NCBI GenBank assembly: GCA_000004695.1
Contig: CM000153.2
Location: 2,176,001 to 2,240,000 of the forward strand
Length of the DNA stretch: 64,000 nucleotides
Origin: Dictyostelium discoideum
Taxonomy: Eukaryota
Reading direction: 5' to 3'
This document shows positions 17,702 through 32,618 of this stretch, piece by piece. The notes beneath the pieces are model-generated. The model had not been told where the DNA came from, did not search any database, and was given only the letters and a program-made list of their open reading frames with translations. The first letter of the stretch is position 1, and every line of letters starts with the position of its first letter. The position numbers and the translations under genes are program-made.

Positions 17702-18158
17702 GTTGTTTTTTTTTTTTCTCTCTCTCTTTTTAAATTATTTCTATACCAAAAAAAAAAAAAAAAAAAAAAGAATAAAAAAATAAAAAAAAGAATAAAAATT
17801 AAAAATATAAAATTATAAAATTTTTTTTTTTTTTTTTCTAATATAAAAATAAAAATAAATGTTAGTAAGAGAATCTTTTTTTTTTTTTTTAAAGAAAAAA
17901 AAAATAAATGAATGAAAACAGAAAAAATAATAATAGGTTAAAAAGAAAAATTTTAAAAGAAAAAAAAAAAAAAAAAAAAAAAAATACAATTATGTGATTT
18001 TAAACTACCAAACAAAGTTTAATTTTTCCAAATTAGGTATTTTTGATAGTAATAAATTTTTAAACGTTATTGATATTTTTTAAAATACACTAAACAAAAT
18101 AAATAAAAAAAATTATAAAAAAAAAAAAATAAATAATTATTGAATGTTAATAGAAAAA

Positions 18159-18190
<32 letters not shown>

Positions 18191-18347
18191 AAAAAAACCA
18201 CCCACAATTATGATAGAAGTCTTCGAATAATTACATGTGAAAAACAATGAAACTGTGAATTAAAATATTTTATTATTTTTTTTTTTTTTAAAGTGCAAAA
18301 AAGATGACGATAAACTATAAAGCAATATAATTGTGAGTGAAGAAGAG

Positions 18348-18388
<41 letters not shown>

Positions 18389-19233
18389 ATATCATTAAGA
18401 AATGGAAAATAATAAATAAACTAATTGAAAAAATCACGCAAAACAATTACAAAATTATGTTTTTCTGTATTTCCGATACAATAGATAAAGACAAAAAAAA
18501 AAAAAAAACATAAAAAAAACGAGCCATACATTCATATGGTAACACACAAACACAAAACTATGCTTTATTCGTCATGACAAACATGTTTTTTACAATCTAT
18601 TGACAAATATAGGTGGTTTAAAAAAATTATGGGTTTGTAATAATGAATTTTTTATGTGTAAAAGGGATTAAAAAATAAATTGAATTCTGACTTTGTATCT
18701 AATAGAAAACAAAGATAATTTTTTTTTTTTTTTTTTTTTTTCAATGATGAGTGGTATATAGTATGTGGGTGTGTGTGAGTGCGTGTGTGTGTAAATATAA
18801 ATATAGGGTAAATTTGAAATTTTATATGTAAGCTTTTTATCCAAACGTGGAAGCTATTTTTTTTTCTTTTTTTTTTTTCTTATTTTAATGGAATTGTATT
18901 TTAAAGTTTCTAATCTTTTAAAAAGAAAAAAAAACATTTTCCCCACTCAAATGAATGGTATGAAATTATTTTTAAAAATGATTTGAAAATGTGATTTATA
19001 AATATGTTATTTTATAATTATGTTCAAATTCCATTTGTGTTGTTGAATGATTATATTTGTAAAAAAAGAAATAATAAAATAAAATAAGATGAATAAATAA
19101 AAAAAAATAAAAAATATAAAAATATAAAAAAAAAAATAAATAAAAAAAGCTAAAAATAAGATGAATAAAAAAAAAAAAAAAACTATTATCATATACTTTT
19201 TAAAATTTTATTATTATTTATTATTATTATTAC

Positions 19234-19333
<100 letters not shown>

Positions 19334-19762
19334 AAATTTTTTATTATAAATTTAATAACTATATTAATAAAAACTATAATGATTATAAAAACTATAATAT
19401 TTAGATTTTTTNNNNNNNNNNNNNNNNNNNNNNNNNNNNNNNNNNNNNNNNNNNNNNNNNNNNNNNNNNNNNNNNNNNNNNNNNNNNNNNNNNNNNNNNN
19501 NNNNNNNNNNNGTTTGATTATGGTGATGATGGTGACCACCAAATTAAATGAAATAAATATTACTTTTTTAATTTAATTAAAAAACAAGTAATAAAAAAAA
19601 AAAAAATACATATATATATAAAAATAAAAATAAAAAAAAAAAAAAAATAAAAAAGTTTGTCTTGGTGCACCTTTTTATATAAATATTTTATTTATTATAT
19701 TACATATAAAATTATAATATGTATTGGCACTAATTAAATGAACAAACTCTTTGAAGATGAAG

Positions 19763-19814
<52 letters not shown>

Positions 19815-20631
19815 CCGACTTACTGAGTCCGGGCATAATAAAAATAGAAAAAAAAAAAAAAAAAAAAAAAAAACAAAAAAAACAATTATAATTTCACTAA
19901 AACAATGTGAGAGGGTGTATGTGTGAGAATATCATATATGGGGTTGTGGTGTGTGTCTATCTGTGTGTGTGTGTGTGTGTGATGAATTAATTAAACACGC
20001 ACGGAGAGACACACACACTTATATACATAAATTTTTATATATGTATAAATTTATATATATATATATATATATATATGTATAATAAATGTGATTCCATAAT
20101 TGTTGTTGTTATTAAATGTATATGTTTTTATCATTTATATACTATTTATGTATATATGCGATAGCCATACCACATTACTGGGTGGTGTGTGTGTGTTTGA
20201 AAGTGTGTTGAAATGTGTGGATGGGTGTAAATGTGTGGTGATGTGAATAGTGTTATATATTTGCCTATATATTATTTCTTTTTATAACTTGTTTACCGCA
20301 CGCTCATTAAATAATATAAAAAAAAAAAAAAAAAAAAAAAATTTTTTTGGAACTGTTAAAAATATAACAAACAATAAGATGGTATTGATGATAATAATAG
20401 GAGTATTAAAAATTATTTTTTTATTTATCTATTTTATTATTTTAATAATTATTATCTTTTTTTTTTTTTTTTATTATTATTAATATTATTATTATTATTA
20501 ATATTATTATTATTTAGACATTAAAAAAATGGTTATTGGCGATTAACTGGCGGTAAAAGAAATCAAAAATTTAATTATTCGAAGATTATGAAACAAAACT
20601 ACTAATATTCAAACAAACAACATCATCAACT

Positions 20632-20687
<56 letters not shown>

Positions 20688-21050
20688 TATTTATAATAAT
20701 GTAGTAGTGTGTATTGTCATACCATTGGAATGGTAAAAATAAGAATAAAATAATTGTTAAACTAATAATAGACGATAAAAGTGTTTTTAGTGGAGCAAAA
20801 AAAATAATAAAAAAAAAAATAATAATAATAAAAAAAAAAAGAAAAGTAACGATATACATCTATTTAATTATCCCCATAAATAATTGAATTTAATGTTATC
20901 AAATATAATAAAGATAATTTAAACAAAGTGAAAAAGATTTTTTTTTTTTTTTTTTTTTTCTAAACTAATATAATTTGTCCATAGACCACACTTTAAAAAA
21001 AAAAAAGTGTGGGGAACTAAAAATAGAAACAAATATAATTATTATAATTA

Positions 21051-21129
<79 letters not shown>

Positions 21130-21712
21130 TTTTTATTATTATTATTATACAAGTTGTGAGATAGAAAATGTGGGATAAAAAATGAAATTGATTTAAGATC
21201 AAGATTGGCATTATGATAATAGTTTAAAATAATTAAAGAATAATAATGATGATAAACCCCAAAAGGGTTTTTTTTTTTTTTTTTCCTTTTTTTTTTCTTT
21301 TTTTTTTAACATGCTTTGGTATTGTTGGGAAAAATAAAAAAATTTATATGTATTTATAATAATTTGCTTACCTAAAACACCAATTTAAAACTGTTGAGGG
21401 TAGTTAATTAATAATTTATATGATAAAAAAGTAAATTAGTATTATTATTTTATTTTATTTTATTTTATTTTTTTTTTCTTTTTTTTTCTTTTTTTTTTTT
21501 TTCAGAATTGATTTAGTAAAATAATTTTAAAAGACATGAATTAAAATTTTGTGATCCACATGTTTCCTCTTACAAATTTCAAGGAGATAAAAGGGTGGAA
21601 CAAGAAAAAAAAATATATATATTAAAAAAAGGAATAAAAAATTTCTTTTTTTTTTTTTTTTAATCCTAATTATGTTGTTATATTTACTAGGGTTTTAATT
21701 TTATTGTGCCTA

Positions 21713-21764
<52 letters not shown>

Positions 21765-22606
21765 TTAAATTAAATATTTTTTATTTTAATTTTATTTCCT
21801 CTATTTTTGTTTTATTTATTTTATTTTATTTTATTTTTATTCAATTTTTTTAATTTTATTTTATTTTATTTTTTATTTTTGAAACTAGGAAGTGTATATA
21901 CAATGTAATAACACAAACAAGAAAATAAATCATAAAAATAAAATAAAATAAAATAAAAAATAAAATAAATATTTTTTCGATATTAACAAATGAACATGGT
22001 TTAAAAAATATTTTTTTTTTTTATTTTTTTATTTTTTATTTTTATTTTTTTTTTTTTTTGTGATCCAATGATATTATTAATTTATTAAAAAGGGTAAAAT
22101 AAGTTGTGGAATATTCCTTTTTCTTTGCTTTTTTTTTTTTTTTTTTTTTTTAAAAAAAATAAAAATAAAAATAAATTTTTAAAGAAAATGTATTTATAAA
22201 CCCAGTTGGATACACATACATATTTAGAATTAATTTGAATTATTTAAAATAAAAAAAAAAAAATAAAAATAAAAAAAAAAAAAAAATAAAAAAATAAAAT
22301 AAAAAAAAAAAAAAATAATAAAAAAAAATAAAAATAAATAAAAAAAAAACCAAACCAAACAATGAAATTATAATTTTTTTTTTTTAATAAAAAAAAAATT
22401 TTATATATAGATTTCCCATTCCCTAATTAATTCAAATAAGTTGTTATAATATTTTTGAAATATAATTATTATTATATGATTATATGTTGCTATTATTATT
22501 ATTATTTATTATTAAATATTATTATTTTTAAAAATCAAAGTTAAACTGTTTTTTTTTTTTTTTTTTTTTTGATTTTTTTAAATTCCATCTTCTTCGAAAA
22601 TTGGGT

Positions 22607-22637
<31 letters not shown>

Positions 22638-22964
22638 TATTTTTAAATAAATAAATTTTTTTTTTTTTTTTTTTAATTAAAAAAATATTTGATCTAATTA
22701 ATAACTGGCCATAAATACAATTATGGTATTTCCTCATAAAGTTGGATTTTTATTATTATTATTATTTTTAAAATTATTTTGATATTATTTTTAATAGAAT
22801 TATTTATTTTTTTTGAATACATACAAAAAAATTTAAAAAAAAAAACAAATTGTTTATTTGGTATTGATGATCAAAGTATTAACTTTTTCAAAAGTTGAAT
22901 AAAAATAAAAACAAATTTGTTTTGAGAAAAAAAATATTAAATAAAAATAAATAAAAAATAAAAG

Positions 22965-23036
<72 letters not shown>

Positions 23037-23833
23037 TTTGTTATTATTTTTATTATTTTTAATATTTTTTAATTATCTATAAAACCATTAATTTTGATTT
23101 GATGATTATGTGGGTTTTATATTAATTTTTTTTTTTTTTTTGAATTTTTTTTTTTTTCAGTTAGACCCCAGAAAAAAAAAAAAAATTTTATTTCTTTTTC
23201 CCCAATTTTTTTTTTTTTTTTTTTCCAAGGGGTTTGTTTGTGACATTTTTTAAAATTTTAATTATTTTTTGAAAAGGCATGCCCGTTTTTTTAATTTTTT
23301 ATTTTTTTTTATCAATGCATCTCTTTTTTTTTTTTTTTTTTAATAATTCACCATATGGTTCAATATTTTATTTTGTTTTTTTTTGTTTTTCCTATTTTTT
23401 TTTTTTTTTTAATTAATTGATTTATTGGTTGTGGTTATTAATTCGTTTAATTAAAATTTTTATTTTCATAATTTTTTTACAAAAACAATATTTGAAACAA
23501 TTAAACAAAAATAGTTATGTGAAAAAAAAAAAAAAAATATATTAATAAATAAAAAATTTTATATTGACAATTACCTTTAAGAGTTTGAGTTAATCTGTCT
23601 ATAAAAAAAGAAAAAAAAAATTTAAAAATTATTAGTTAGTATATCAAATAAAAAAATAAAAAGAATATATTTATTTGTATTAAAAAAGAAAAAAAAAAAA
23701 AAAAATATATAAAAAAAACAAAAAACGACTTGACTTTTTTTTTTTATTTTTTTTTTATAAAAAAATTCGATTGGGTATTTGAATCAATTAAAAAAATTTA
23801 TATGAAAAAAAAAAAAAAAAAAAAAAATGATAT

Positions 23834-23874
<41 letters not shown>

Positions 23875-24325
23875 ATAAAATATAAATTAATTTGAAATGG
23901 TATTAAAAATTTGTAAAACCTAAATATGTTTTTTTTTTATAATAAAAAAATTATACTTTCTATATATATAAGCCCATACATGAGGCAAAAAATCTTTGGT
24001 AATTTGAAAATATATATATGTATATAAAAAACCATTTTAATTAAAAGTAAGTTGGGAGTTAGGTTCATAATAATAATAAAACTTGTAATGAACCTTTACA
24101 AGTTAGAATATTTTTTTAAAAAAAAAAAAATAAAATAAAAAAAAAAAAAAAAACCCCAACCCCCATCAGATTCAAATTAACCTTATTAAGGAAAAACTCG
24201 ATTCTTAGCGCCTTTAATTTTGATTATTTGTTTTTATAATATATTTATATATTTGGTTATTATTTAAAATTTATTATTTTTAAAATATTTATTACATATA
24301 TTGAATTTTTTTCTTTTTTGGATAA

Positions 24326-24370
<45 letters not shown>

Positions 24371-24513
24371 AAAACCATATCCTTTGAATTTTTAAATAAT
24401 AAAAAATCCAAATAAATTAAATATTATTAATCCCTTAAAAGGTAAAGATATTTTTATTTTTAAAAAAATTTCCAAATCCCCAAAGAAAAAAAAAAAAAAA
24501 ATTTGTCAGTGCC

Positions 24514-24540
<27 letters not shown>

Positions 24541-24545
<5 letters not shown>

Positions 24546-25497
24546 AAAAAAAAAACAAATCAATGGTCAATATTAATATCAAAGTAGGAAAAATGGATAA
24601 TCAGGGTGTTATTTAAAGGAGTGGGACATGCGTGAAACTTCTTTTGAAAATTTTCATAAAAAAAAATTAAAAAATTAAAAAAAAAATTTTTTTTAGATAT
24701 TTTGGATAAAAAAAAAACAAAATTTAATTCGAATCAACAATTCCTCGCCGTTTCCAAAATAATCCTCAAATGTTGTTATGGCATCAATGCTAAAAAAAAA
24801 AAAAAAAACCTTTCGGAAAGTGTGGTATTAAAAAGATAAAAAAAAAAAAANNNNNNNNNNNNNNNNNNNNNNNNNNNNNNNNNNNNNNNNNNNNNNNNNN
24901 NNNNNNNNNNNNNNNNNNNNNNNNNNNNNNNNNNNNNNNNNNNNNNNNNNACCTGATTAAAAAAGCTTAATAAATGAAAAATATAAAAAAAAAAAAAAAA
25001 AATAAAAAAAATTAAATAAAAAAATTAATTAATTCTTACATTATTTGAAACTAGTTTAATATTTGATTTTTTTTCTTTTTCTTTTTTTTTTTCTTTTTTT
25101 TTTTTTCTAAACTTTTTTTTTTTTTATTGACCAAAAATATTAAATTTAATAGGAGATAGTTATAAATTATATTATAAAATCATTTTTAATTATTAAATAA
25201 TATAAATAAAGAATTGATTAAAAGAAAAAAAATATAAAATGAATTTATTTATGACAATCAATCGATTTAAATTATTAAGAAAAAAAATATCTTTACGATT
25301 GAGGTGGTATGAGAATTTAAAATAAAATAAAATAAAATAAAATAAAATAAAATAAAATAAAATAAAATAAAATAAAATAAAATAAAATAAAATAAAAAAA
25401 AAAAAAAAAAAATTTTTATTTGATTTGAAAAATAAAAAAATAAAAAAAATAAAAAAAAAATAAAAAAATAAAAATTGAAAAAACTTTTCGTTGGTAT

Positions 25498-25534
<37 letters not shown>

Positions 25535-25557
25535 GGGAATAGATTTGGGAAACACTT

Positions 25558-25591
<34 letters not shown>

Positions 25592-25896
25592 AAAAAAAAA
25601 ACAAATCAATGGTCAATATTAATATCAAAGTAGGAAAAATGGATAATCAGGGTGTTATTTAAAGGAGTGGGACATGCGTGAAACTTCTTTTGAAAATTTT
25701 CATAAAAAAAAATTAAAAAATTAAAAAAAAAATTTTTTTTAGATATTTTGGATAAAAAAAAAACAAAATTTAATTCGAATCAACAATTCCTCGCCGTTTC
25801 CAAAATAATCCTCAAATGTTGTTATGGCATCAATGCTAAAAAAAAAAAAAAAAACCTTTCGGAAAGTGTGGTATTAAAAAGATAAAAAAAAAAAAA
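24541..25896. repeat. Direct duplication of a ~310-bp non-coding segment, with copies at 24541..24850 and 25587..25896. The first copy abuts the N gap at 24851.
   Basis: The two copies are nearly identical and both begin aatttaaaaaaaaaacaaatcaatggtcaatattaatatcaaagtaggaaaaatggataatcagggtgttatttaaaggagtgggacatgcgtgaaacttc...ggaaagtgtggtattaaaaagat. A (AAAAT)n tract at 25315-25395 lies between them. Confidence 0.85.
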
Positions 25897-25973
25897 AAAA
25901 ATTGAAAAATATCTTTGTTTTTGTTTTATTTTTTTTTTTTTTTAAAAAATTACAATTGGGAATTATAAATTTA

Positions 25974-26015
<42 letters not shown>

Positions 26016-27549
26016 AAGATTTATTTAACTATTATTCCTTTTATGCCATTATATTTTATAAGAAAAAAAAAAAAAAAAAGAAAGAAAAATTCTAAATTTA
26101 ACCGAGCACACATTTAGATTTTAATTTTTTTTTTTAACACAAAAATGTGTTGGTGATGTTTTTTCTTACGGTAATGGCGGTGTTTTGCCTTGACAGAAAT
26201 TCTTTTTTTTTTTTTTTCATAAAAATCAATAGATATTATTATTTTTATTTTACAAAAAAAACAAAGGCAAAATAAAAAAAAAAAATAATCATAAAAACAA
26301 TTTTAATCATTTTTTTTATTTCTTTACAAAACATATAAAATTAATTGAAATTATCTTTCCTTTATTCTCTCTTTCATTTCCATAGGGCATCTTTTAATCT
26401 GTAATAAAAATAGATATCATTAAAATTTTGCATTGAAAAGGTGATCTTTGACAAACGTAATGACACTTTTTGGATAAAAAAAATAAAAAAATAAAAAAAT
26501 AAAAAAATAAAAAAATAAAAAAAAAAAAAAAAAAAAGCTCGCTTTTTTAAAAGAAAAAAAGAAAAATATAAATTTATAAATAGCTCGCTTTTTTATAAGT
26601 AGAAAAATTAAATTATGAATAAAAAAAACAAACAAAAAAAAAAAAAAACAGTAACTGTTTGTGTCGTTTCAAATTTTTCTAAATATCTTTTCCTACTTCT
26701 TAAAAAAAAAACACATGGGGTTGTACAAAAATTTTCATTTAAATAAAGAGGTTGATACCATTGAGAATCATTATAATGAAAGAGGTTTTTTGTTTTATTT
26801 TTACTCGTGAAACCAATAAAAAAAAATAAGCATATAAAATTAATTTAATTAACAAGTTATTTAATTATTCAAAAATGATAAGAAAAAAAAATATTGGCAA
26901 TCACACCGATTACCAAACCACCTGCTCATAATTACCACAGGATTTTGATAATCTTAATTCATTAAAAAAAAAAAATAAAAAAAAAAAATAGTTTATTTTG
27001 CAAGGAATTATAAATAAAAACCAAGTATTGATATTTTAACCGATAAATTCCTAGGATGATTTTAATATTTTTTTTTTAAAAAAAAAAATGGAATTTAATT
27101 TTATTATTTTTTTTTTTGAGCGAGTATTGAATTTTAAAAATAAAATAGATGTTTAAATTATGAAAAATGTTTTTTTTTTAAATTCAATTCTCACCCAAAA
27201 AAAAAAGTTATCATTTGATACTAAAAAAATTATGAGGCCGTGCGAATCCCTTTATTAATTACAAATTTTAATTATTATTATTCCCAACAAATAAATTTAA
27301 AATCCAAATAATATAATAATAATAATAATTAATTTTTGACAAAACAATTTAAAAATAATAATTTTCTAATTTTATCTATAATTTACTTGTAATTAATTAA
27401 CCTAATATTTTTATTAATTTTTAATCCACTTTTTTTTTTTAAATATAGATAAAATTAGATTAAAATAAAAGTGAAAAAATTAATTAAATATTGGGTAAAT
27501 TTACTCGATAGATTATCAAATATAAATTAAATACGAAACTTGGATTGAA

Positions 27550-29250
27550 TCAGTTCAATTGTTTATGGCCCTGTGAATGTTAAACAATATTTACCATCGA
27601 CAATATTCCAAAATGTATCAAATGGCCAAATAATTGTTTTGATGCCGCTTTTGATATACAACCTGTTAAAAATGTTGAATTGGTTGTAGTATTGGGTGGT
27701 ACAGTTAATATTATAACAAAGGATGCTCCATTTTATACATTTTGGAATAAGTATTTACTGTTTGCATTTGTAATTGATCAACATAAAATCTCCAATGCCG
27801 ATGAAAGATCTAAAGATACTACCAGTTTAACTTAAATATCATCTGCACCAACTTCATCATTATTTAAAATCGAATTATTTTAATAAATCCAAATAGTATC
27901 ACCTAATTATTAATTGTTTTTTTTCTTCTTAATAAATGATTTATAAGAGAAAAAAAGAAATTATTAATAATAATTATTATCATTTTTAAAATAAAATAAA
28001 TGATTGTGGAACGTAACCAACATTGAATGTATAATTGTTATTGAAAGCCTTGAGATTATCTGATGTAATCTTATGAAGTGTATTATTTCAATTTCAATAT
28101 GTATACCGTTAGACTTACAAACTTTAAACCAGAAAATTATCTGGTCCGAATATACAAAGTTTATTGGTTGGATTTAGTGGTATGAAAGTAACAGTTGTAA
28201 ATTACTCAACATTCATGGTTTGTGAAAAATTGGAACCACTGGAATGTATTCCATACCCATTTCACATTTGCTTATGAATGATTGAAATTGCATTCACTAT
28301 TTGAGTCTGTTTGAGTTGTTTAATATCCTCTTTGCCAGTGGTTGGTAAACGTTGAGCAGAATTGAATGGGAACATATCAATACCTGGTTAACCATTGTTT
28401 AGACCTGTTTCATTACCATTAAAAATGACATAACAACCACTGAAAGATATATAATTACATATATCTTAGGAAAAAGTGTAATTTGCATATCCTGCTAAAA
28501 CTGTGTATATATTTGGAATAATATATATGTTTCTAGTTGGAAGTTTTGGTGTTCCTATATTAATCAAAGATTAAAGAATGAATATAAATCGGTTGTATGA
28601 GTCAAATTATTGAGTATTGGAGTTGAGCAATATGATGAAGAATCTATTGTTAGTGAGACCAGATGTGGTGTAGTTTAAACTATCTTAATGTAGGAATTTG
28701 GTGGAACGTTTTTAATTGAATATTTACACCTGTGATTTCCTTTTGGATACATCTGCATTTAATTGTGTACGGTTAACACTTGGAAAACTAATTTCATTGA
28801 TATTACCATGTGTTGACCAAGAATACAATGCCTGAATCACTCAAGATTTGCTCAAACATTTTATCCATAAGTTGTATCTAATCTTAAGTTATTCATAACA
28901 ATGTATTTTTTAAGGTTTTACCAACTTAACAATTACCAAAAAGTGAATTACAATTTTTTTATAATTGTTTTTTTTCATCTATACAATACCAATAATCTCC
29001 ATTGGTAATCTTTTTTTGTTGTTTGAAGCACATTATCCATTCAGTCTTGTAATGATAATTAGGCACCTGGTATCATTTAACTAACTTTTCTACTACTATC
29101 CTTATTCTTATCTATCCATAATACTGATCCGATACTATTGGTTTGACAAGAAATTTAATTTTTGTCTGATTGTATTGTTTGATACAATAATTATCGTACT
29201 AAGCAATGATTAAAATTGTATTAACCATTTGAATCTGTTTGATTTGTTTA
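27550..29250 (-). pseudogene. Degenerate coding-like segment, a possible pseudogene or decayed element.
   Basis: The base composition is clearly less AT-biased than the flanking intergenic DNA and there are no homopolymer runs, yet no ORF of 60 aa or more exists in any frame. Minus-strand translations give peptide-like stretches broken by stops and frame changes, for example YSWSTHGNINEISFPSVNRTQLNADVSKRKSQV and FNGNETGLNNG*PGIDMFPFNSAQRLPTTGKEDIKQLKQTQIVNAISIIHKQ. I cannot assign a family. Confidence 0.3.
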
Positions 29251-29666
29251 TGTTTCACCATTTCCACTGTTGATTTGAAATTTATTTATTTTTAAAAATA
29301 TCTATTATAAAATTATTTTAATATTTTAATTTATAGATTTAAAAGATATAATTATCTTTTTCATTTCTTTATTAAAAAATTAATTTTAATATCTAAATTA
29401 ATAAATTTATTAAATATTATCCAAATGAAAAAATAGTTTGGAAATCCTAAATAAAATTAAATTTAAATAATTCATTCATTTATTGTTAATTATTGTTTGC
29501 AATAATAAATAATATAAAATAATAAAATTAAGATTATTTAAAACAATAATAGGTATTCTTTTATTGATTATTTTTTTCTTTTCAGTTTCTTCTTAAAGAT
29601 TTTAAGATTGTTTTTTTTTTTTGTTGCTTTTTTTTTACATTTGTCGATTAAAATATTTAATATTAT

Positions 29667-31051
29667 TTATTGTTTGGTGGTTTGACATTCGTTGAAAATA
29701 GAATTTTTAAATACTTGAGACATGATACCTTGAACTTGTTCTATTGTGACCTTTGAACTATATAGAGGAATATATATAAATATAATAATTAATATTAATT
29801 ATTAAATGTTTACAAAAAAATATTAAAAAAAAAAAAAAAAAATAAGTTATTATGTTACATACCTATCTTTACTAACTTTTGAAAGTAAACTTTCTTCTTT
29901 CTTTTTATCTAAAATACTTGATCTTGAATGGCTGAGTTGAGTTTCAGCTTGTTCTAATTTTTCGCTAAGATCATTAATTTGACCTGTAATATAATCACGA
30001 TTCTATTTTTTAAAAAAGAAAAAAAAAAAAAAATAAAAAATAAAAAAATTAGGAACTATAATATAATAATAATGGTAACAAAGAATATTGATTTGAAAAT
30101 TTTTGATAATAGTTACACTGAAAATTGGTGATGAAGAAAGAGTATTAACCCAATATTTGTTCCAAAGTTTATCGAGTAATTGTTGATCTAAAGATGATTT
30201 GAAATAGGTAATCTCTAAAGAGTAATATTGTTTGCAATGTACACCAAAATCTTCAATCTTTGATAATGGAATTGATTGATATTCTGATGGACCTTCATTA
30301 GGTGGTTTATAACCTTGTGGATATGTTCTAAATGCACCAATTTCAACTTTACCTGCTGAAACTGTACGTGTTGGATCAATCTAAATAATAAATATTATGA
30401 AATTAATTAAATAAATAAATAAATTATAAATTATAAATTATTAATTTTAAATACTTACAACAATACCTAACCATGGTTCAGAATATTGTTGATTTACAGA
30501 TTGAGTACCAACATCAATACCAGATAACCAACAACCATAACCTGGATGACTGTGATACCAACCTAAAGCATTTTCAAGTCTACCAGTTTGTTTAATTAAT
30601 TCAAGATATTCAACCATGTATTCATAAGCTTCAACTTGTGCGTTTACTCTTGTCTCTGTACCTTCAACTGGTAATGCAAATGAATCCATAATGATCATTG
30701 TATTATTTTCAACTTTACCCATTAACATACCCATAACTTCTAATTTACCACCAGATCTAGCATGCATAACCATCTTTAATAATGCAATTGCTGATATTTT
30801 AACATGTTTAAAATAATGAGGACTAATTTTTTTAAAAAAAAAAAAAAAAGAATATTGGTTAGAATTTAATTGAAGTAATAAATAAATAATGATAATTATT
30901 TTTATAGATACTCTTTTGACCATGGTTTTGATTGTAAAAATTGTTGATATTGTTGAGGATCATATTTAAATAATTGATCATGATCTATGGTTTGAATGTT
31001 ATTTTCAAGTTCAAAAGTTTTTAAAGCATCTGCTGCTCCATTTTTTGACAT
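29667..31051 (-). CDS. csn5: COP9 signalosome subunit 5 (CSN5/Jab1), a JAMM/MPN+ metalloprotease. Model is complement(join(29667..29757,29863..30002,30117..30380,30459..30822,30912..31051)).
   Basis: Five exons are colinear with human COPS5: [47 protein letters not shown] | [62 protein letters not shown]...[40 protein letters not shown] | [65 protein letters not shown]...[17 protein letters not shown] | [20 protein letters not shown]... | [29 protein letters not shown]. The JAMM motif [15 protein letters not shown] is present. All introns are GTAAGT/GTATGT/GTAACT...TAG/CAG. Confidence 0.88.
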
Positions 31052-31692
31052 CTTAAATAATAGATTTTTATATATTTGTTTTTTTTTTTTTTAAATTAAA
31101 TTTAAAAATAAAAAAAAAATTTTGATTTTTTTTTTTTTTTTATTGATTTTTTTTTTTTTTTTTTTTATTATTTTTTTGTGAAAAAAAAAAATTTCCATGA
31201 TGTTAAGAACTTCAATTTAGTTCCTTATTATTTCCCAATTGATTTCATTAAGTTTTTATTTTTATTTTTATTTTTTTATTTTTTTAATTTTTTAATTTTT
31301 TTTTTTTTCATCACTAACTAAAGCAATGAAATAAATAAATAAATAAATAAAAGTCAATAATTAATATTAAAAAAAAAAATAATAAAAAAAAAAAAAAATA
31401 AAAAAAAATTAAAATTAAATAAAAATTTTTAATTTTAAAATTTCAATAAAAAAAAATAAAATAAAATAAAAACAAAAAAAATAAAAAAAAAACTCATTAT
31501 TATTTATTTTTTACAACTATCACTACTATAAATTTAAAGTTTTTTTTATTTCTTTTTATTCATATTTTTTTTTTTATTAACTTTTTTTTTTTATCATAAC
31601 CTTCAACTTCCCAACTCTTTTTTTATCTCCTCAATTTCACTTTTTATTTTTTTTTTTAAAAAAAAAAAACAAAAAAAAAAAAAAAAAAGAAA

Positions 31693-32580
31693 ATGAACAA
31701 CAATTTTACAAGAAATGGTATGAATGATTCACCATTTAGCAAACCAAAAATGCCAACTTCAAGTTCTACAATCAACCAAAATCCTTTTAATCAAGATCTA
31801 TCTTATTTTAGTTCAAATTATGGAAAACCTTCTGCAAAAACTAAACCAACTCCACAAAATCCATTTAATGCAACAACTACAACAACAGCAGCGACAATTA
31901 CAAAAACCCCACCAATCCTCGACTCCAAAAGCAATCAATTAAATTTTTTAGAGTCACCCCCATCTTTTGTGAACAAACCAAGAAATGTAAAAATATTAAA
32001 TAGGAATTCACCACCACCATTGATTTCAAATTCGACATTATCATCATCATCATCACCATCAGTACCATCACCATCAACCTCACAAGCAATACAAGATTTG
32101 ATGAATACTCCACTTCCACATAAGAGATCTGGCTTTACTCATCCAACAGTTTTTCCACAATCTTCATCATTATCTCTACCATTGCCATCATCTCCCTCTC
32201 CATCACTATCGGCATCATCATCATCATCATCACCATACTTTACTTTACCAATTTCAACAACAAAAACCACTCCAACAAATACAAACAAAACCACCACTAC
32301 TACAACCACTACTACTACAACCACTACTTCACCACCATCAACAAAAAACATAAATAAAACCACCACAACCACTACCTCACCAACCTTTTCAAACTTTAAT
32401 AAACATTCTCAAGTATCAAGAGGATTTGATGACTCACAACCCCTACACAGAAACACTTTCATATCCAAACCAACCACCACAACTACAACTACTACTACAA
32501 CCAATACCAATAGTTTTAATTATAACAACAGCAACAATAACACCCAAACCAAAATAAATAAAAACCAAAGTAATAATACT

Positions 32581-32618
<38 letters not shown>

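Noticed and set aside
30447-30923. Treating ORF 30447..30923(-) as a single-exon gene starting at [10 protein letters not shown]...
   Set aside because: The N-terminal ~40 residues are intron sequence. The real CSN5 exon begins at the acceptor at 30822 and is joined to an upstream exon at 30912..31051.
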